The translations under genes and the position numbers were made by a program. Under the pieces are notes generated by a model. That model searched no databases and was not told the DNA's origin. It saw only the letters and a program-made list of their open reading frames with translations. Below are positions 39,880 through 51,561 of a stretch of DNA of 64,000 nt, in pieces (positions within the stretch are counted from its first letter, which is position 1; each line of letters starts with the position of its first letter). Source of the DNA: Eledone cirrhosa (lineage: Eukaryota); contig OZ024741.1 of NCBI GenBank assembly GCA_964016885.1, forward strand, positions 58,094,001-58,158,000, written 5' to 3'.

Positions 39880-42752
39880 TCATCATCATCATCATCGTTT
39901 AACGTCCATGTTCCACGCTTGCATGGGTTTGGACGGGAGTTTTCCCACTTGAGGCAAGGGTGGTTGTCTTGCATAGGACTGTCTGGCGGGTTTTCTACAG
40001 CTGGATGCCCTTCCTAACACCAACCACATTTACAGTGTGGGACTGGGAGGTTTTTACCGTGTTGCCTACATGGCCACATTACAGCGTGGACTGTGTGTTT
40101 TTTTGTCGTGACACCTACACGATCTCATTTGTTTCGGCCTGGATGTTGTGACACCAACATAACTTTACATTGAAAGGGGCGGTGTGGTTGGGTGGGGGTG
40201 GTGGGACAGGGGTGTATTTTGTTAGAGGTGACTACTGACTGTAGTAGGTTTTACTTTGTATTTAGGTAAGGCGGGTCTTCTCTATTACTGAGTGCCGCCA
40301 AAGATCTCGGTCTAGTGACATTGTCTTCGAGAGGTGTAAGTGTGTGAGGTCGGAGTTTATCAGGTCGTCCCAGATTTTTCTGGGTCTGCCTACTCCGTGG
40401 CTACCGTCTATCTTTATTGCCCTGCACTTTTTTATACGGCTGTCGTCTTTCATGCGCATCACGTGACCATACCAACGTAGCCTTCTCTCGAGTAAACAAC
40501 ATCTGATCCCTCATATTTCTAATTTTTCCCTTAGTTCGTTTATGCTTTGCCGTTCGCGTATATTACTATTACACATCCAGCAGAGCATGCAAGCTTCGTT
40601 CCTCTCTAGTCTGCATATATCCTCTGCACACAATGCCCAGGTCTCACTGCCATGCAACATTGCTGTTCGTATGCAGGCATCATACAGCCTGCCTTTCATT
40701 TTTAGGGAGAACCCTTTAGCGGCTAATAGTGGTATAAGCTCTCTGAACTTTTTCCATCCAGTTCTGACTCTAGCTACTGTACTTTCAGAGCACCCTCCCC
40801 CACTGCTGATTTTGTCACCCAGGTAACGGAAGCTGTCCACTATTTCTATAGAACCCTCTGAGCAATTGAAAGAGCTAGTATTTTGTGGGCACTTGCTGCT
40901 ACTTATTGCACCAGAACACCGGCCACATGTAAAATCTATGTTCTTAGTTAGCTTACCTATGATCCCACTACATCTTTTATGCACCCATACTTTGCATTTG
41001 GGACATAAAATGGAGTTTCTACCTACGCCTTTCCTACACACTGAGCATGGCCATTTCCCGGAAGGGACCGGCGCCTTATTTTCTTTCCTACAAACTAGAA
41101 CTTTAGTCTTAGCCAGGTTAATTTTAAGGCCTTTTGATTCTAGGCCGTGCTTCCATGTTTGGAATTTCTTCTCTAGCTCGGCCATTGATTCAGCTATGAG
41201 CGTTAGATCATCTGCGTATAGGAGTTCCCATGGGCAGCCGGTCTTGAACTCCACTGTTATAGCCTGAAGGGCAATAATAAATAGTAGGGGGCTAAGAACA
41301 GAGCCCTGATGAACACCAACTTTTACGCTAAACTCTTCACTATATTCATTGTTAATTCTAACCTTGCTGACTGTTTCTTTATACATGGCTTGTATAGCTC
41401 TCACAAGCCATTCATCAACACCTTGTTTTCTAAGAGCCCACCAGATAATGGAACGGGGGACTCTGTCGAAAACTTTCTCCAAGTCGACGAAAGCTAAGTA
41501 TAGGGGTTTACTTTTAGCTAGGTACTTCTGTAGTTGTTGTACAATGAAAAGAGCGTCTGTGGTACTTTTGCCTGACACAAACCCGAACTGCATTTCATCT
41601 AGATCGATTCTCTCACTGATTAGTTGCGCTATTACTTTTTCCGTGACCTTCATGACCTGGTCGATTAATTTAATGCCTCTATAGTTACTCCTATCTAGGG
41701 CGTTTCCTTTACCCTTGTAGCAGTTAATGATGATGATGCTACGCCAGTCCTTCGGAACAACCCCATTCTGTATGACTTGGTTTACTATCCGGGTGACCAT
41801 GGTGTGTCCCACCATTCCAGAGGCTTTCAGCATCTCAGCAACTATTAAATTTATTTCTGGCTGTGGGGTCCTTTAACTTCCATATTTTTCTCCTGAGGAT
41901 AGTCCTCTTCTGCTGTCGAGTACGTCTCGTCCTGACTATGAGGTCGCTAATTAGCAGTCTATGTTGGGAGGTGCATTCTTCATGGGGGAGGGATTTAGTG
42001 TTTACAACAGACACTCTGTCACGTCTTCTGGTAAGGATATAATCTACCTGGCTGGTATGCTCCCCTGATCTGTAGGTGATCAAGTGATTGTCTCCTTTTT
42101 TGAAGTTAGTGTTACAGATAGTTAGGTTATTTGCATCACAGAATTCCAGGATTCTGGAGCCTTCCTCGTTTCTAGTACCAAACCCATAGCCTCCGTGGAT
42201 TCCATCATAGCCGTCACAATGTTGACCAACGTGGCCATTTAGGTCGCCAGCAATAATTATATAGTCACTGTCGGTTATTTGGGAGGTCGTGAGCATCAGT
42301 GTCTCATAAAATCTGTCTTTTATAGCGCCAGGCAGTCCGGATTGGGGCGCGTATGCCGATATTACTGTCACAGTAGTTCTATTTAGAACAAGTCTTATTT
42401 TAATTATTCTGTCATTTACTCTATTTATATCTATTATCTTATCCACCCATTTTTCTGCTAACATGATTCCAACCCCACCTATCCCATTGTCATTTCCCAC
42501 CCAGAAAAGCTTATAGCAACGTTTTTTACCCACAATGAATCTAGCAGACCCGCCCCTCCACCTGGTCTCTTGGATACAGCAAACATCAACCTCCTTATGT
42601 TCAAGCATTTCTACAACCTCGTTAGAGCGGCCTTTTAAGGTGCCTACATTTATGGTACCAACTCTGAAGTTTTGGATTGTGTTTGGAGGATGGGGCGCAG
42701 GGATGGGTGAGGGGGATGGGGTTGGGGTTATGTTGGCCATCCGCGGCCGAAA
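39880..42752 (-). mobile_element. RTE family A (long-3'UTR subtype), young, with a linker deletion
   Basis: Intact APE ORF 41835-42755 and a 440-aa RT+PHD ORF 40511-41833 (QGSVLSP, YADD). About 0.6 kb of linker is missing at about 41845 relative to the 4602-7720 copy. (ATG)n tail. Confidence 0.97.
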
Positions 42753-42868
42753 CAATATATATATATATGTGTGTGTGTGTCTGTGTATATATATGTGTGT
42801 ATTTATATATATGTATATATATATATGTATGTGTGTGTGTGGTATATATATATATGTGTGTATTTATA

Positions 42869-42906
<38 letters not shown>

Positions 42907-42907
42907 C

Positions 42908-42939
<32 letters not shown>

Positions 42940-42973
42940 GTGTGTGTGTGTATTTATATATATGTATATATAT

Positions 42974-43027
<54 letters not shown>

Positions 43028-43053
43028 TTATATATATTTATATATATATATAC
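42753..43053. repeat. (TA)/(TG) microsatellite between head-to-head LINE 5' ends
   Basis: Direct reading. Confidence 0.95.
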
Positions 43054-43055
43054 AA

Positions 43056-43733
43056 ATAAGAGGGATCAGATGTTGTTTACTGGAGAGAAGACTATGTTGG
43101 TATGGTCATGTGATGCGCATGAAAGACGACAGCTGTATAAAAAAGTGCAGGGCAATAAAAATAGACGGCAGCCACGGAGTAGGCAGACCCAGAAAAACCT
43201 GGGACGACTTGATAAATTCCGACCTCACACACTTACACCTCTCCAAGACAATGTCACTGGACCGAGATCTTTGGCGCTACACAGTAATAGAGAAGACCCG
43301 CCTTACCTAAGTACAAAGTGAAACCTACTACAGTCAGTAGGCACCTCTAACAAAATACACCCCCATCCCACTACCCCCACTCCATCCACACCACCCCTTT
43401 CAATGTAAAGTTATGTTGGTACCACAACATCCAGCCCGAAACAAATGAGGTCGTGTAGGTGTTACGACAAAAAAAACACACAGTCCACGCATGTGGCCGT
43501 GTAGGTAACACAGTAAAAACCTCCCAGTCCACACTGTAAATGTGGTTGGTGTTAGGAAGGGCATCCAGCCATAGAAAACCCACCAGACAGTCCTATGTGA
43601 GCAAGACAACCAATCTTGCAGTCCTATGTGAGCAAGACAACCAATCTTGCAAGACAACCAATCTTGCCTCAAGTGGGAAAACTCCCATCCAAACCCATGC
43701 AAGCGTGGAAGATGGACGTTAAACGATGATGAT
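43056..43733 (+). mobile_element. RTE family A 3' fragment
   Basis: [25 protein letters not shown], then the 3'UTR and (ATG)n. Confidence 0.95.
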
Positions 43734-43866
43734 ACAGAGAGAGAGAGATTGTGATGAAGACAACAGAGAATGGAGCTTTACATCACCAAAAAGAAAACTG
43801 TAGTTATAACAATAGTAATTGTAATAAATGAAAACATGGAGAAACAGCACATGTACAACTCACTGA

Positions 43867-44088
43867 ATAATATTTGTTTCTACTTTTGGGATAAGGCCAA
43901 TAATTTGGAGGAGAGGGGGAACATCAATTAGATTGACCCCAGTATGTTATTGGTGCTTTATTCTTTCAACTGACTCCGTAGGGATGAAAGGTAAAGTTAA
44001 CCTTTATGGGATTTGAACACAAAACATAAAGGGATGAAACTATATGCCACAAAGCATGTCTGTTACTCTACCAATACTGCCAATCACT
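43867..44088 (-). mobile_element. tRNA-derived SINE, family 1
   Basis: TGTTTCTACTTTTGG..GGATGAAAGG..GGATTTGAAC..ACTGCCAATC. Confidence 0.8.
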
Positions 44089-44099
44089 CTACTATTACT

Positions 44100-44753
44100 A
44101 CTTCTTCACCCACTTATTTCTGAGAGGATCCTGGGTCTTGTCAGAAGCAACATCTGATATGGCTGGATCTCCAAGCGAGACCAGTGAAGCTCACGGATGT
44201 TATCCAACCATCTTGCTCAGGGTCTACCCCTGGGTTTCCTGCTGGTTGGTTTTGACAGTAAAATCTGTCCAGCAATTCTTTCTTGAGGCATTCTAACCAT
44301 ATGCCCATAGTATAGGGGCTATGATCTCTCAATTTGGAGAAGTAGTGGGTCTTTGCCGAGTTTTGCACTCTATTGAGTAACGTGCTCCAAGGAACCCTAT
44401 TTTCGCTGTTAGTATTTGCAATCATATTCTTTCAGTCATTACCCAAGATTCATGACCATAGATAGGTAAGGGTTAGCACAATTACCGAATTGAAGATAGT
44501 GAGTTTAGCTTTTACACCAATTACCGACTGCTGAAGCTGGTACATTACTGCACCAGCTCCAGTAAATCTTACACTTAATTCAGTCTCCTGCTTTCCATCA
44601 CTTGTAAACATGGCCGCAAGGTACTTGAACTTCTCTACCTGCTTCAGTGGAACTCCATTCCCATGTAGAGAGCACTGCGCAAGCTTCCTTGACGCTGAGT
44701 GCTGCATGGCTGGAATGAAAATCAGTGCTGTGAAAACTGAGACACTGGTACTA
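44100..44753 (-). mobile_element. Rex3-like RTE 3' fragment with a 60-bp 5' inversion
   Basis: Minus strand SRKLAQCSLHGNGVPLKQVEKFKYL... Plus strand 44694-44753 reads AECCMAGMKISAVKTETLVL. Confidence 0.85.
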
Positions 44754-45572
44754 CTACTACTACTAATAATAATAATAATAATAATAATGCTTTCTTTATT
44801 AACCACAAGGGTTAGCATAAAGTATAACATTAAGGACAACACAGGATGGTACAAATGGGCATTTCTATGTGTAAAACATGTTATATATAAAAAACAAAAA
44901 TAAATAATGTAACAAAAAAATGAAACAAGGAAAAATTCCCCAATAGGGGAGAAACTTCCGAGGGTCACTCGTGGAGAAAGCCTACAAAAAGCCACGGTCA
45001 CCCTGACCACTAGAGCAAGTGCCCTTTTTCAGTTTTCCTCCTAAGATACTGCAGGCACATGCTCAGGGTAGGCCCATTCACACGGACCATTCTTGCCTCT
45101 CTCGTCCACCATACAACCTCTTTTACCATGGCCACCAGGCAGATAAAAACTGCTTGCCCTCCTGGTGACATTGTTGGCATATGCTGACACGGTTTTCCCC
45201 TCATCCCAGTTCATGTGGCACACCCCTCAATGTCTCCAGTTTGTGCGTTGAAGAATTGGTTCAGGGCCAATTTCACCGCAAGCATGCTGGTCGCGGTGCC
45301 TTTACTAAGCTCCTCGTCAATTTTCTAACTAGTTCTCCCTCTGCTCTATTTTTCTTTATTGTTAATGCCTTACTAAACCTAATGGACTCTATTCTAATTG
45401 CCCTTTTCAGGGCGAACCACCATTTGTTGTTGATGACTGCCAACGTCAGCTTAACTAGTTCGCTAATCCAGTCTCTGTAGGCTTTGCGCATTGTCAACGA
45501 CGCATTTAGCTTCCAGTAGCCAGGTCTGTGTCTATGAATCCTATCTAAGTCGAGCACACAGATCACAAATTT
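44754..45572 (-). mobile_element. Tx1/L1-like internally deleted element
   Basis: Post-EN motif RPGYWKLNASL..WWFALKRAIR is joined to C-terminal LVAMVKEVVWWT, then AATAAA and a (TAT)n(TAG)n tail. Related to 33940-35345. Confidence 0.75.
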
Positions 45573-46390
45573 TAATAATAATAATAAAGATTTCTTTAAT
45601 GATATCAATAGACATTCAATGAAAATAACAATTCAAATAGTCAGGGGACAGTGCCATTTCAGACCAAAGAAAGTTGAGGTTTCTATGTTCATAGTGGTGG
45701 TTGGTGGTGGTGAAGATACTAATATTAGTGATGATGATGGTGATGATGTGGTGATGGTGGAGATAATAAAGTGCCACTGTTCTTGCTGATGATGGTGATA
45801 GTAATAGTAATGGTAATAATAATAAGAATAACAATAAGCTGAACTTTGGAGACAGAAGGTCAGACATTTACAATGTATTGGACAAAAATCATATTTAGTG
45901 ATATTTCCAGAATATACACACATCTATCTATCTCTCTATCTATCTATATATATATTTTCATACATACATAAATATATATGTGTGTGTGTATTTTATTGTC
46001 AATGAAAGCAATAACAAACAGATAAATTTCAAATTTCCTTTGTGATTTTCTTACCCTAAATAATAAAAATAAAATAGAAGAAAAGAAGAAAAATAACACA
46101 ATAAAAAAGAAAACTGAATATAAATTATTTTATTTGTAACTATATTTATTGATAAGAACACAGGAGATTGGAAACAAAAAACAGAAAAAGAAAAAACATA
46201 GAAGAAAAACACACAAAAAAAAAAGAAACCAAAAATATAGAAAAGGTGAAAATAAATAATGTATTTTCTCTTCTGATATTCATTGCTGTGTAGTGAAGCA
46301 AACATTGTTTAAAAAATGATGTTTGAGTACGTGTGTGTGAGTGTATGTTTATTTATATATATATATAAAGTCATTGTCATGACTTTTATA

Positions 46391-46438
<48 letters not shown>

Positions 46439-47637
46439 ATATATATAAACATACATACTATACTATCACACATACACATACAAACATATGGACTCTATCT
46501 CACCCCTTTACACACACACACTCACACACACATATATGCCTGCTTCAAGAAAGATTACAATACAATAACTTTTGTTTTTTAATGTGAAAGGAACACAAAA
46601 GAAAGATTAAGATTGGTTTATGCCAAGATACATAAATTTTACTTTAAGGGAGCAACAACTACAACAACAATTAGTACTACCTGAACAACAGCAACAACTA
46701 TTAATACAACTGCAACTACTAGTACTACTATAATCTCATTTAACCATTTTAATACCAACCCACCCACAACCAGCTGAAATTCTGTGAATACAGAAAAAGA
46801 AAACTCATTTTAAAAGAACTCTATTGTAATTAGTTTTAAACTAAAATCTTCTGACATTTGTAATGTGTAAGGTAAATCTCAGTCATAAAATAATCAATAA
46901 GTTTAGTAAATCCATTAAATTCTTCATAGAAATAGAGTATATGCATTTCATTAGAAATATGGCCGAGAAAGGGTCAAAAGGAATAATTTTGAATGAGATA
47001 AATACTAAGAGAGACTATGAAGTATTGACAAATTTCATGTTTTAACCCTTTTGGTGCCAAACCACCAGAAACTGTCCCTAGTTCTGTATATAAAAAAACA
47101 CTATGGTTTGAAGTGTTTATATTTATCTAAAAGCTTACCATTGTAATTTTAATTCTATGTAAAAACCATGAAGTTATGTTTCAAATACCAAATAGTTAAT
47201 GAGAAAGTTAGTTATATTACTAAATGCCTTCAATTTTTTTTATATTTTTTAAATTACAGAGTGTTTAAAGTGTATATATGCATCCATCATAATTTTATGT
47301 CAGAACCTTTATGTTCCAAAGAACAGTTTAATAAATCCCTTCAAATTCTGGATCATTTTCTAAATTATTTGAATATAATAGAAATTTGGTAAGGAAAGAG
47401 TGAAGGGAGTGAGAAAAAGAGGAATCTCATTTAAAAAGAATAAATTTGAACAAGGTAAATACTATTGGGGTTTTAAGAATTATTGCCAAATTTTCAGATG
47501 TTAATAATCAGCTCAATGAGATGGTAATAGCAACAGATAGAATCTTATTTCATGCTTGACTGAAGATGAACTTGGCAAAGAAATACTTTGACATGACAAG
47601 CTTATTGATAAGAACTACATATGTATGTATGAGTGTC

Positions 47638-47674
<37 letters not shown>

Positions 47675-47871
47675 TTATGTATATATACACAGATACAAAG
47701 GCATTAAAATACTAGTATTCAAAAGTTCATAAAAAAGGAATCATTGGAAATTTTTCAATATCAGAAATGAAGTAGATAAAGGTTTCTCTTTTTTATTCAT
47801 GAGAGAGAGAGAGAGAGAGAGAGAGATTGGAGGGGTAGGATGTTAAGTCTCTCTCTCTCTTTCTTTCTCTT

Positions 47872-47924
<53 letters not shown>

Positions 47925-48174
47925 GGTGTTGGATGCTTAAAGCGTCTGTATGCAGTAGGCCGTATGAGCACTCGATGCTCTCATAGAGCAGGTGATATAT
48001 CTATATATGTATATACTGGGTATATATATATATATATATATACCCAGGGAGTGTAACGTGAAGTTACTGTAGGTTCAGCCAAGTGAGCACTCGATGTTTA
48101 GGTTCATGTCAATATCGAGGTGTAGAGCTAGACACAGTGTAATATAATAATAATTTTGGACGATTTTTTTTTTA

Positions 48175-48210
<36 letters not shown>

Positions 48211-48618
48211 GCATGTCTGAATGGTTAAGGAGTTCATTTTTCAACTATGTGGTGCCAGGTTCAGTCCTGCTGCACAACAGTTTTCTACTGTAGCCTTGGG
48301 GTGACCAATGCTTTGTGAGTACATCAGAAATTCATGACCATGTCCCTAGGCTTTCATGTATTTCAGAGCCCTCAAACATCTCATTTTTTCAACCCACTAC
48401 AGCTAAAAGGATAGCTAGGCTCCCAGGTTCCTAGATATTTCAGGGCCCTTCTGGCACTTCAATCATTCACCCTATTACAGCTAAAAGAAAAAAAAAAAAA
48501 TCGGCTGCCCTTAATTTTTGCAGGACTCCTAGGTTTCAGCCTCACCAGTTTTATGAATAATACAACCATGTTGCTTTGTCAAATTGACAAAGGTTGGCCA
48601 AGTCAACACTATAACTTA

Positions 48619-49229
48619 TCTATATATATATATAAAACTGAGGATGTCTGTGTGTGTGTGTGTGTCTGTGAATTTGAATCCCTAAAACTTGAGAAGTACC
48701 CAACCGATTTTTTTCGAACTTTACATGTATATTACTTATGTTTCAACTTTTTAATCCCCTAGGGCCTGCATTAGGCGAAAAACTGCGTTTTTTTCAGCTT
48801 TTTCGGAGTATTTTGAGGCGTTACGTCAGACCAATTTCCTTGAAATTGTAACTATGTATTTGTCAGTTTCTTCTTCATACCGTGAGCAAAGAAAATCCAA
48901 CTTTTTTATGGCCTAGGGCCCGCATTAAGTGAAAAATTTCTTTTTTTCAGCTTTTTTTGAGGCGTTACGTCTAGCCGATTTTCCCGAAATTTAAAGGCAT
49001 ATTATGCACATAAAAAAATTCATTTTCTTGATCCCCTAGGGCCCGCATTAGGTGAAAACCTGCATCTTTTCCTGCTTTGAGGAAAATCTTAAAGATTATC
49101 CAGCCATCAGAGTATTCGGTTTATTTTCTATACATATTGTCCAGGCATGCAGTTTTTACACAATTAGGTCTGTTGGCGGCCCGCATTCCAAAATACCTTA
49201 TCCCGTGCAACGCCGTGTACCACTGCTAG
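48619..49229 (+). mobile_element. Non-autonomous Helitron
   Basis: A|TC start (TCTATATATA..AAAACTGAGG followed by (TG)n), CTAG|T end with a subterminal GC-rich hairpin relic CCCGTGCAACGCCGTG. Three internal CCTAGGGCC.GCATTA.G.GAAAA repeats. Confidence 0.85.
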
Positions 49230-49458
49230 TTTATTATAAACATTAGTTGTGGTGGTAGAAGTCATGATGCATGGCAATGACAACAACTACAACATCAATA
49301 AGAACAAAAACAACAATAAAGTAAAAGAATGTGATATATAAACTGTAGTTGTGGTGAAAAAGAAATAATAACAATGTTTCCATCTTACCTGTTTACATGT
49401 TAATTAAAACCAACAATAAGCCACTTTAGATGTTTCATATTCACAATAATATTGAAGA

Positions 49459-49495
49459 ACTTACCTGAAAAAAGACAGAAAAAAAGATAATTAAT
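49459..49495 (-). promoter_or_regulatory. Candidate recursive splice site (3'SS directly abutting 5'SS)
   Basis: Minus strand ATTAATTATCTTTTTTTCTGTCTTTTTTCAG|GTAAGT. Confidence 0.55.
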
Positions 49496-49671
49496 GTAAT
49501 AATTTTTTCTTTAAAGGTATTTTTAAATGGAAGGATTTCATATATATGTTTTAATAATTTATATCATACATTAAGGATTTGTCACTATAACCATTCAAAA
49601 AAGAAACACAAAAACTGTTAAATTCCCTTTACATTTATCATTTATTTCCTGGTGACATAATTTCATCACAT

Positions 49672-49892
49672 TCTTTGTGACCTGGCCACTGACAGAGTTT
49701 CACTGTCCCTGTAAAAATGTGTTTGTGACCAGGTCACAGAGTGTGACCTGGTCACTGATACAGTTTCTCTGTAACCATTGAGCTGTCAGTGATCAGGTCA
49801 CAAACAGTGGAACTGTGACAGTGACCATGTCATAACAGCAGTAGAACTGTGTTAGTGACCAATGTCACAGAAACAATGAAACTGTATCAATG
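49672..49892. repeat. Foldback array of GTGACCNGGTCAC palindromes
   Basis: About six copies of GTGA(C/T)C.(G/T)G(T/C)CA(C/T) with flanks in mirror orientation. Confidence 0.75.
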
Positions 49893-50578
49893 GAATATTG
49901 TTATCCTCATATATTATTTAGTCTTTATGTTGTGGGATGATAGATGGCAATAGTGGGATTTCTTTACAATCATGTGCAAATTGACTAATTCAATGTTATG
50001 AAATAAACAAATTTAAAAAATGTACATCTTTTTCCTGTGCATGGTTAGCTAGCATCCAAGTTGGATTTCAAAGGTTTCTTGTGTGCTTTAATGATAAGGG
50101 TCACAGACATACGAAAAGCAGCAAGAGGTGAAGCATCTTGTTCAAGAACGTATGACCTTATGATCATTAGTCTTTCCCTCTCACCACTATGCTACAAATC
50201 CATTACTTTATTTATCAGCCTCTTTGCAAAATATGAACAAATGATAGCATTTGAAAGAAAATATTCTATGAAAAAAATTCTCCTTTCAATTAAAAAATAA
50301 ACTAAGCATACATTTGGTGCCATGATAAAATGTACCCAGTACGCACTGTAAAGTTGTTGCAACTGGGAAGGGCATTCACCCATAGAAACCATGTAAAACT
50401 ATGGAACATTTGTGCAAGATGTAGGTCTTCTCACCCATCTAGTCATAGACAATGATGACCAATTCAATCTATGCCTGTATGGAAAACATACGTGTGATGG
50501 TGATGATGATGATGATGTATACAAATATACATACACAAATGCACACATTATGTAAAAATAGTAATTATGAATGCTGGA

Positions 50579-50765
50579 ATAATGATTTCTGATTTAGGCA
50601 CAAGGCCAACAATTTGGGAGGAGAAAGTTAATTAAATTGACCCCAGTGTATTACTGATACTTTATTTTATCGACCCTGTAAGGATGAAAGGCAAAGCTAA
50701 CCTCAGCTAACCTCAGAACACAAAGGGCCATATCTTTATGCTGCTAAGCATGTTGTCCAATGCTT
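50579..50765 (-). mobile_element. tRNA-derived SINE, family 1 (partial)
   Basis: TTTATTTTATCGACCCTGTAAGGATGAAAGGCAAAG core. Confidence 0.8.
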
Positions 50766-51349
50766 TGGAATTGTGAGCAAGTACCATATGAGAAGGGACG
50801 TAATCCTGATAATATATCTATCTCAGTGAAGCTGGTTATTTTAACCTTTTCCTTACCATATCTCTAATAAAATTCACTGTATTTGAAGTAATTAATGAAG
50901 AATTTGAAGGGGTTTTCTAAACTACTAATTTCATTATTACAATGCTACCTGTAACATAACAGAAGATTCTTACATAAAATTATGTTGGATGTCTTTAATT
51001 TAAACAAGAATCCTTTGAAATGGATGATTTTGTTCTCAAGAGCCTGAGGCAGTTTTGGACATGATTGTTTCAAAATTGCTGTGGTATTTGCTCCAAATTC
51101 AAACAGAATTATCATTAAGTTCGTAGAAAATGCAAGAAATTCAAACACAAAACATTGCTGTAAACACAGCTGGTTGTTATAAATAAAAGCTCAGAAAAAT
51201 CAGGTAAAATACCCCTATAGATGTAAAAAAAAGTGGCCAGCAGTTGCTGCGTCTGAGTTTCCTACATTTTCTATGAACTTCATAACCCCACAGTGTTTTG
51301 AAAATTTGACACTTTGCAGAAATATAATATATATTATATTATATATGAA

Positions 51350-51561
51350 CAAGGTGTATCAAAAAATGTATACACACTTTAATTAACTGTACAGCCAATA
51401 TTTATTAGAATGCACAGCCTTTCCCCAAAATAAAATTATCTACAGACATAATTCAATTGTATTTAAACACACAAAAATTTAAATATTGCACATAAAACAG
51501 AATTTATGTAAATGCACTTTTTTTGCTGTTGAAGTTTTATACATTTTTGGGGGACAACCTG
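51350..51561. mobile_element. Tc1/mariner-type MITE (decayed)
   Basis: Left end CAAGGTGTATCAAAAAATGTATACAC versus the right end in reverse complement, TA-CAGGTTGTCCCCCAAAAATGTATAAA. Confidence 0.55.

Noticed and set aside
47960-48135. Pistol or HDV-like ribozyme assignment for the CUCGA motif
   Set aside because: The required P1 pseudoknot and AAA linker (pistol) and the nested double pseudoknot (HDV) could not be built.
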